This document shows positions 1 to 4,486 of a stretch of 6,058 nucleotides of DNA, piece after piece (positions within the stretch are counted from its first letter, which is position 1; each line of letters starts with the position of its first letter). The position numbers and the translations under genes were made by a program. The stretch spans positions 1 to 6,058 of IMG/VR virus record IMGVR_UViG_3300020041_000008. One strand, 5' to 3'. The notes under the pieces were generated by a model, which did no database searches, was not told the DNA's origin, and saw nothing but the letters and a program-made list of their open reading frames with translations. This stretch comes from a virus.

Positions 1-121
1 CTATGATGTCGTCGCTCCGCCCTACAAGGGTTTTCGCGACCGTTTGCGCGACCATATTCGGCGTTCTCTTTGCAGCCCGGACTATGACCCGTCCTCCCTC
101 ATTTCCACCGCCTTCTTGTTC
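1..121. repeat. Terminal direct repeat, copy 1 (end overlap of a circular contig)
   Basis: Compared base by base, 1..121 is identical to 5938..6058. The repeat lies inside an ORF and preserves its reading frame across the junction. Confidence 0.97.
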
Positions 122-208
122 AATTCGACGCCCGAGGGTTATTATTTTTGGCTAAAACACTCCGACGCTTGGAAGCTTTTCTACCTCAAATTTCAATCAA
201 GCCTTTAA
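2..208 (+). CDS. 3' part of the junction-spanning hypothetical protein. The full ORF is 5825..5937 joined to 1..208 on the circle, 106 aa.
   Basis: The frame is open from window position 2 to TAA at 206..208. Positions 2..121 duplicate 5939..6058, and 122..208 adds NSTPEGYYFWLKHSDAWKLFYLKFQSSL*. Third-codon positions are T/C-rich, as in the other genes. Confidence 0.6.
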   Translation, partial: YDVVAPPYKGFRDRLRDHIRRSLCSPDYDPSSLISTAFLFNSTPEGYYFWLKHSDAWKLFYLKFQSSL

Positions 209-219
209 ATTGTACTATT

Positions 220-543
220 ATGACAGAAATTCATGTTGTTATTCGTCGGATTAATCCGGCCTTGAAAATTGACCTTGTTCAGGTAGGACGCCTTAAAGAT
301 TGTCAATTTGAACCCCTTCCTTCCAGTGTTCTCGATTTTTCTCCTATTGCGGACTTTTTGAGGAGTTCGAATATCAGTGATTCGCTTTACATCGATCATT
401 CGGATGTCTCTAATCTTATTTCCGCTTGTGAAGGTCTTCCAGGTTTTGACATTGAGTTCTTCGACAATACGATTATTCTCATTTTTGACTTTGAACTTAA
501 CTACGATGAAAGCACGACGAAAGAAAAAAAGTCGGGGAACTAA
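220..543 (+). CDS. Hypothetical small acidic protein, 107 aa (MTEIHVVIRR...KEKKSGN)
   Basis: ATG at 220 lies 11 nt after the upstream stop. The track's 148 start is a TTG that would overlap the previous ORF. Third-codon positions are T-rich as in the core genes. By hand count there are about 18 D/E and 9 K/R. A GC hairpin plus T-run follows. I recognise no motif. Confidence 0.6.
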   Translation: MTEIHVVIRRINPALKIDLVQVGRLKDCQFEPLPSSVLDFSPIADFLRSSNISDSLYIDHSDVSNLISACEGLPGFDIEFFDNTIILIFDFELNYDESTTKEKKSGN

Positions 544-588
544 AGTGGTAACCCGTCCTCTTGGTGGAAGAATTCTTTGACTGTGATG

Positions 589-620
589 CTCCCGGGGGAT
601 GTTTCCCCCCGGGAGTTTTT
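589..620 (+). terminator. GC-rich hairpin plus T-run; candidate intrinsic terminator after ORF 220..543
   Basis: CTCCCGGGGG (589..598) pairs perfectly with CCCCCGGGAG (606..615), giving a 10-bp stem and a 7-nt loop ATGTTTC. TTTTT follows immediately at 616..620. Confidence 0.5.
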
Positions 621-631
621 GCTCGTACACT

Positions 632-649
632 TACCGAATTTATTCGGTA
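632..649. repeat. Perfect 18-bp palindrome TACCGAAT-TT-ATTCGGTA in the intergenic region
   Basis: Positions 632..639 are the reverse complement of 642..649, with a 2-nt centre. In ssDNA this could form a 7-bp stem with a 4-nt loop. In dsDNA it could be a dimer-binding site. Confidence 0.55.
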
Positions 650-682
650 TACAGCTTGTGGAGTGAAGCCACGGAGCCCGAA

Positions 683-766
683 GACGCGCAGCGTCCCGGC
701 CGTTAAGGCCGTCGGGCGGCGCAACGAAACAGTTTTCGCGCTCGAAAGTACCGCCTTTCGAGGCGC
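683..766 (+). other. Cluster of three GC-rich stem-loops in a non-coding island; candidate complementary-strand origin or structured RNA
   Basis: Hairpin A is GACGC-GCA-GCGTC (683..695). Hairpin B is CCGGCC-GTTAA-GGCCG(TC)GG (about 696..716). Hairpin C is GCGCTCGAAAG (738..748) paired with CTTTCGAG(G)CGC (755..766), 11 bp with one bulged G and a 6-nt loop. By hand count 661..770 is about 65% G+C, against AT-rich flanks. Confidence 0.45.
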
Positions 767-785
767 ATGCTAATATTTTTTAGAT

Positions 786-986
786 ATGGATTATTTCGAT
801 TTTCGGCCTAGGTTTTCGCCAATAGTTAATTGTGTCCCTTACCGCTATTCTGTTGCTGCGTATCGTGGTAAAAAACGAGTTATTATTGGGTGGTTTGCAG
901 ACAAAGCCCCTGCTGAAGATTATCTCATTCGTTGTCGGCTTGAGAACCCTCATATTAAGTATGATTGTCTTCAAAGTTTACTTTAA
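786..986 (+). CDS. Hypothetical small basic protein, 66 aa, translationally coupled to Rep
   Basis: ATG at 786. TAA at 984..986 overlaps the Rep ATG at 986..988 (TAATG). Third-codon positions are T-rich like the core genes. The net charge is positive (about 12 K/R/H against 7 D/E). Confidence 0.55.
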   Translation: MDYFDFRPRFSPIVNCVPYRYSVAAYRGKKRVIIGWFADKAPAEDYLIRCRLENPHIKYDCLQSLL

Positions 987-2056
987 TGCCTTGTTCGTCG
1001 CCCATATGGATACGTAATCGCCGCTATTTCGATAAGAAGAACCCTTGTCGTGACGGCTCCGATGTCGCGAAGTCCGCTTTGGCTCTCCGCCCCTGGGACA
1101 TTGCTCGTCAATGGCTCATGGTCCCGTGTGGAAAATGCGAAGACTGTTTGCGTCGTCAGCGTAATGATTGGTTTGTTCGCCTTGAGCGAGAGTTGTCCCG
1201 TTGTAAAGCTAATAGTCAGCAGGCTATTTTTATTACAATAACGATTGCTCCGAAGTATTACGACAAAGCTTTGCTTGATCCTTCCTGGTTTATTCGCCGA
1301 TTCAACGAACGTTTGCGCCATAGGCTAGGCCATTCGTTTAAACATGCGTTTTTCCAAGAGTTTGGGACTCACCCAGAAACAGGAAGTGAACCCCGATTGC
1401 ATTTTCACGGCTTTTTGTTTGGCACAAATGTCCTCTATAATACGATTCGCTCTGCCGTTCGAGACCTTGGTTTTGTGTGGTTGTCGAAGGCTACCCATAA
1501 GCGAGCTCGTTATTGCGTTAAGTATGTTACTAAACAGATTCAATTTAATCCCGAAGAAATTTCGGATAAATATGTTACCATAGATGGAAACTCTATCCCT
1601 TTATCTTGCCTCCTCCAACATCGCCGTTATACGCGAAAATTCGTATCTGCTGGCGTTGGTGATTTTCTTGGTTATATGCCTCGCCCTTCTGCCCGTACTT
1701 CGTCGTGGTCTTATTACGATTTTGAGAAGCGTATCAATTATAATTACTCGATTCCTCGATATTATCTTAAATATCTCAAACCGGAAGACGACGTTTTACG
1801 CTCGATTACCGCTGCTGATTCTTATGCACGTTTTAGCAAGTCTTCTCTGGTTAAGCGTGTTGTGTCTCTGTGTGTTAAACGGTTCAGCCTCGATTCCTCC
1901 GTATCCCGTAGAGCGTCGTATACGTGGGAGCAAAAGCAAATGATGCGCTTTGCCGCTTCTTCTCGCAGGATGCCCGACTTTGACCCCCCTACTTGGCTGG
2001 ATGTGGATATTCTTCAGTTTTGGAGAGATCACTATAAACTTCAACTAAACATTTAA
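986..2056 (+). CDS. VP4: Rolling-circle replication initiation protein (microvirus VP4 / phiX174 gene A family), 356 aa from ATG 986
   Basis: Motifs read directly: FITITI (1229..1246, motif I-like), the HUH motif HFH in RLHFHGFLF (1400..1408), and the two-tyrosine motif YCVKYVTK (1511..1534) matching YxxKYxxK of the phiX174 A-protein superfamily. There is a CGKCEDC cysteine cluster at 1127..1147. The N-terminus MPCSSP... starts at the first in-frame ATG; the track's 965 start is TTG. Confidence 0.93.
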   Translation: MPCSSPIWIRNRRYFDKKNPCRDGSDVAKSALALRPWDIARQWLMVPCGKCEDCLRRQRNDWFVRLERELSRCKANSQQAIFITITIAPKYYDKALLDPSWFIRRFNERLRHRLGHSFKHAFFQEFGTHPETGSEPRLHFHGFLFGTNVLYNTIRSAVRDLGFVWLSKATHKRARYCVKYVTKQIQFNPEEISDKYVTIDGNSIPLSCLLQHRRYTRKFVSAGVGDFLGYMPRPSARTSSWSYYDFEKRINYNYSIPRYYLKYLKPEDDVLRSITAADSYARFSKSSLVKRVVSLCVKRFSLDSSVSRRASYTWEQKQMMRFAASSRRMPDFDPPTWLDVDILQFWRDHYKLQLNI

Positions 2057-2059
2057 TTT

Positions 2060-3850
2060 ATGGGAAGACAACCTTTTATTTCACATGCTGTTAATGGCTA
2101 CTCTCGCTATGATGTTCCTGAGAGTAAGGCCTTTACGTGCACGCCGGGTATTTTGTATCCGGTGCGGATTGATTTCATTAACGCTCGCGATCGCGTATCC
2201 ATCGAGCAAGGCATTGACATTCGTAGTAATCCACTTGCCGTTCCAACATTCAATCCTTATACTATTCGACTTCACCGCTTCTGGGTGCCTTTACAGCTGT
2301 ACCATCCGGAGATGCGAACGAATAGTAGTAAGTTTGATATGAACGATTTGAGTTTGAATTTTATTGCCGCTTCTTCTACAGGTTCGTACGCATACACGAC
2401 CAATAATTATCCTTATTCTAATTCGCTGCTTCGTTGGTTGCGTGTTATTCCCGGGTCTATACCGACTCCGACCTCGAGTAATGTTCCGGTGACGGCTAAT
2501 CTTACAACGGCCCAGCTGGCGTACCCTTTAGGCTGGTGTACTGCCGATTCCTATCTTGCTTATTGGGACATTGTTCGTAACTATTACAGCTTTTCCCAGT
2601 GGGGACTCTACTCTTTCGCTTGGCCTAGTAGTTGGTATTTTATACCCAACAGCACCGGTGCTGCGTATAATACTCTTCAGTTCGCTGATATGTCGAGGTT
2701 TTTCTCGCAAAGATTCGGAAATCTCGAATTCCTCGATGCTTATTTTGAGAGTCAGTTCTATCCTTCGTCTGTGCCGTCGTCGAACAATACATATAATAGA
2801 GGAAATCTTTTTTCTCAGATATTGCTTTCAGACCTTGGCGCTACGATTACCGCATCCAAGGATGGTTACCCAGTCTCTACCGTCTATCCCGGAAATGCTA
2901 CGCTGTCCACCGCGGGTCCTTCAAATCAGTTCTCTACTGGTGCTACCGATACGACTGTTACTACGCTTGGAACGTTCCTTGTTGCCCATCCGATGGCTGT
3001 TATACCCTCGAATCCCGATCGTTATAGTCGGTTGCTTCCTGTTGGTAGCTCCGAGAGTGTCTCTATGTCCGGTGTCTCAACCATACCGCAGCTGGCTATT
3101 GCTTCGCGTCTTCAGGAATACAAGGACCTGCTTGGCGCTGGAGGTTCTCGTTACAGTGACTGGTTGGAAACATTTTTTGCTTCGAAGATCGAACACGTCG
3201 ATCGGCCCAAATTGTTGTTTAGCGCATCTCAGACTGTTAACGTCCAGATTGTTATGAATCAGGCCGGACAAAATAATTTCGCCAGTGAGGGCGTAAATGG
3301 CCCCCTGGGACAACAAGGCGGTGCAATCGCGTTCAATGACCGTCTCGGTCGCCGTCAGTCTTATTATTTCCGCGAGCCTGGCTATATGATTGATATGCTG
3401 AGCATTCGTCCCGTCTATTATTGGGCGGGTGTTTATCCTGACTATCTCCATTATACTGGCGCCGATTATTTTAATCCGATCTATAATGATATTGGGTACC
3501 AGGATGTTCCCGGATTCCAATTCGGATTCGGAACCACCTCGGCTTCAGAAGCTGTGGCCTACGAACCGTGTTTCAACGAGTTTCGGGCCTCGTATGACGA
3601 GGTTCTTGGACAGCTGTCTCGATTCCAAAGGGCCTCTACTAGTGTCCCCCTTTATTCTTATTGGGTTCAACAGCGTGTTCTGTCGGCGAGCTATAATCAG
3701 TATTATTCCCTTTTGTTCGTGGATATGAATCAGGTAAACTCTCCGTTTGCCTCCAATCTGGAAGACAATTTCTTTGTCAACCTTTCGTATTCTGTCCAGA
3801 AGAAGAACTTGGTTAATAAAACATTTGCAACCCGTTTGTCTAATCGTTAA
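2060..3850 (+). CDS. VP1: Major capsid protein (microvirus VP1 / phiX174 F family), 596 aa
   Basis: The size and position directly after Rep fit. The N-terminal region ...SRYDVPESKAFTCTPGILYPVRIDFINARDRV...RLHRFWVPLQLY matches the family pattern as I recall it (a G-x-L-x-P segment, then FxVP). The internal segment RLQEYKDLLGAGGSRYSDWLETFF...DRPKLL (about 3095..3217) matches the conserved GGxRYx(D/E) capsid motif. Confidence 0.92.
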   Translation: MGRQPFISHAVNGYSRYDVPESKAFTCTPGILYPVRIDFINARDRVSIEQGIDIRSNPLAVPTFNPYTIRLHRFWVPLQLYHPEMRTNSSKFDMNDLSLNFIAASSTGSYAYTTNNYPYSNSLLRWLRVIPGSIPTPTSSNVPVTANLTTAQLAYPLGWCTADSYLAYWDIVRNYYSFSQWGLYSFAWPSSWYFIPNSTGAAYNTLQFADMSRFFSQRFGNLEFLDAYFESQFYPSSVPSSNNTYNRGNLFSQILLSDLGATITASKDGYPVSTVYPGNATLSTAGPSNQFSTGATDTTVTTLGTFLVAHPMAVIPSNPDRYSRLLPVGSSESVSMSGVSTIPQLAIASRLQEYKDLLGAGGSRYSDWLETFFASKIEHVDRPKLLFSASQTVNVQIVMNQAGQNNFASEGVNGPLGQQGGAIAFNDRLGRRQSYYFREPGYMIDMLSIRPVYYWAGVYPDYLHYTGADYFNPIYNDIGYQDVPGFQFGFGTTSASEAVAYEPCFNEFRASYDEVLGQLSRFQRASTSVPLYSYWVQQRVLSASYNQYYSLLFVDMNQVNSPFASNLEDNFFVNLSYSVQKKNLVNKTFATRLSNR

Positions 3851-3862
3851 CATTTTTCTATT

Positions 3863-4159
3863 ATGCCTCTTAATTGGTTAATTGAAGACGCCCCTCAGTA
3901 TATTTCTCGCGGACAGCGAATTATGTCCGTTCTTGATGGTTCTGGCTCCGTCGATGTTCTTCCCGGCCGTCCGGACGTGGTGGTTGAGCCCTCTGATTTT
4001 GATAAGGGCGAAAAATTCAACCCTGAAATCGACTTCGACCCTAACTCGTTCTCTCGCATGGATAAGTTCGACGGTCTTGAGGTTGGTCAGGAACTCATTG
4101 ATTCAGAGATAGCTAGATCGAAGCCCGCTTCGAAACCGTCTAAACCTGAAGAAAAATAG
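3863..4159 (+). CDS. Hypothetical small acidic protein, 98 aa; possible scaffolding-type protein
   Basis: ATG at 3863 lies 12 nt after the VP1 stop. By hand count there are about 20 D/E and 12 K/R. The C-terminal tail is KPASKPSKPEEK. Codon bias matches the neighbouring genes. The function call rests only on position and charge. Confidence 0.6.
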   Translation: MPLNWLIEDAPQYISRGQRIMSVLDGSGSVDVLPGRPDVVVEPSDFDKGEKFNPEIDFDPNSFSRMDKFDGLEVGQELIDSEIARSKPASKPSKPEEK

Positions 4160-4189
4160 TACTCTCTTTACTTGACGATATATGCTACG

Positions 4190-4267
4190 TGCGCGGACCC
4201 CTTTTGCAAGAGTTCGTGAATTGCTGGAGGTTATTGGTAACGACTGCAGGAGAGGCCGCGCATTTTT
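4190..4267 (+). terminator. Long imperfect hairpin followed by TTTTT; candidate internal (attenuating) terminator or structured element
   Basis: TGCGCGG (4190..4196) pairs with CCGCGCA (4256..4262). The stem continues inward (CC/GG, then C-G, T-A and two G-U wobbles, then TGCA/TGCA) with one bulged A and one mismatch, closing an interior of about 36 nt. T5 lies at 4263..4267. Confidence 0.45.
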
Positions 4268-4293
4268 CTATCGTTCTTTAATTTCTTAAAACT

Positions 4294-4485
4294 ATGTCAG
4301 ACGCTAAACAACCCTTTTATAAATCGAAAGCCTTTTGGACGCTCGTTTCCTCTATTGTTGCTGCTTTGGCCGCCTTTTTCTTGTCGTCATGTGCTGCTCA
4401 GGCCAAGATACAGCGCAGTGGTGTTCACATCGACACAGTGCGCGTTGATTACATTATTCGTTCAAACAATTTAACCAGTATCTAG
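4294..4485 (+). CDS. Small predicted lipoprotein, 63 aa (mature part about 31 aa); candidate lysis or exclusion factor
   Basis: The N-region is MSDAKQPFYKSK, with basic residues. The hydrophobic core is AFWTLVSSIVAALAAFF. The lipobox L-S-S-C (4381..4392) fits [LVI][ASTVI][GAS]C with Cys33. The ORF has its own ATG and sits in its own slot rather than overprinted. Its TAG at 4483..4485 is 1 nt before the VP2 ATG. Confidence 0.62.
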   Translation: MSDAKQPFYKSKAFWTLVSSIVAALAAFFLSSCAAQAKIQRSGVHIDTVRVDYIIRSNNLTSI

Positions 4486-4486
4486 T

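Noticed and set aside
1-121. The 121-nt terminal direct repeat read as a biological repeat (LTR, att site pair, IS end or terminal redundancy of a linear genome)
   Set aside because: The two copies are exactly identical, and the identity ends exactly at the window boundary. The repeat sits inside an ORF that reads through the junction in frame. No integrase or transposase is present. An assembly overlap of a circular genome explains all of this.
143-150. Additional TAnnTTTG hits (TATTTTTG at 143..150; TAAGTTTG at 2329..2336) as promoters
   Set aside because: Both are inside coding sequence, and neither has a TTTG at the expected distance of about 20 nt upstream. 143..150 could conceivably drive ORF 220..543, but the evidence is a single 6-of-8-specified motif.
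148-219. TTG start at 148 extending ORF 220..543 to 131 aa
   Set aside because: The extension would overlap the last 61 nt of the junction-spanning ORF. The ATG at 220 follows that ORF's stop by 11 nt, matching the tight non-overlapping packing seen elsewhere.
205-630. Minus-strand ORFs in the track (205..630, 497..724, 780..974, 983..1321, 1325..1543, 1796..2044, 2081..2275, 2528..2710, 3077..3520, 3545..3853, 4765..5019, 4799..5026)
   Set aside because: All lie antisense to well-supported + strand genes or across the hairpin region. Their translations are low-complexity, and microviruses transcribe only one strand. There is no independent support.
655-770. GC-rich island as a tRNA or other known RNA gene, or as a CRISPR or attP/dif element
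   Set aside because: I could draw no cloverleaf and found no T-loop GTTCRANYC motif. There are no direct repeats with spacers. I found no 11-6-11 dif-like arrangement here or elsewhere; the nearest TATGTTA strings (1523..1529 and 1571..1577) are inside Rep.
561-773. 70-codon + strand ORF covering the GC-rich intergenic island
   Set aside because: It starts at TTG and runs straight through at least four stem-loops. Its composition is unlike all other genes here, being GC-rich with no T3 bias. The region is better explained as structured non-coding DNA.
774-781. TATTTTTT just upstream of ATG 786 as a -7 promoter element giving a leaderless transcript
   Set aside because: It mismatches the consensus at the final G. 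There is no TTTG at the expected distance of about 20 nt upstream, only one inside a weak hairpin about 37 nt upstream (734..738 region). It is too speculative to call.
965-985. TTG start at 965 for Rep
   Set aside because: The in-frame ATG at 986 overlaps the upstream stop (TAATG) and yields the MPCxxP N-terminus expected for this family. The seven extra codons have no support.
2334-2340. TTGATAT, matching the core of the phiX174 origin nick region (..CTTGATATT..)
   Set aside because: It is only a 7-mer, of which about 0.4 occurrences are expected by chance in 6 kb. It lies inside VP1 and has no flanking similarity to the 30-nt phiX origin.
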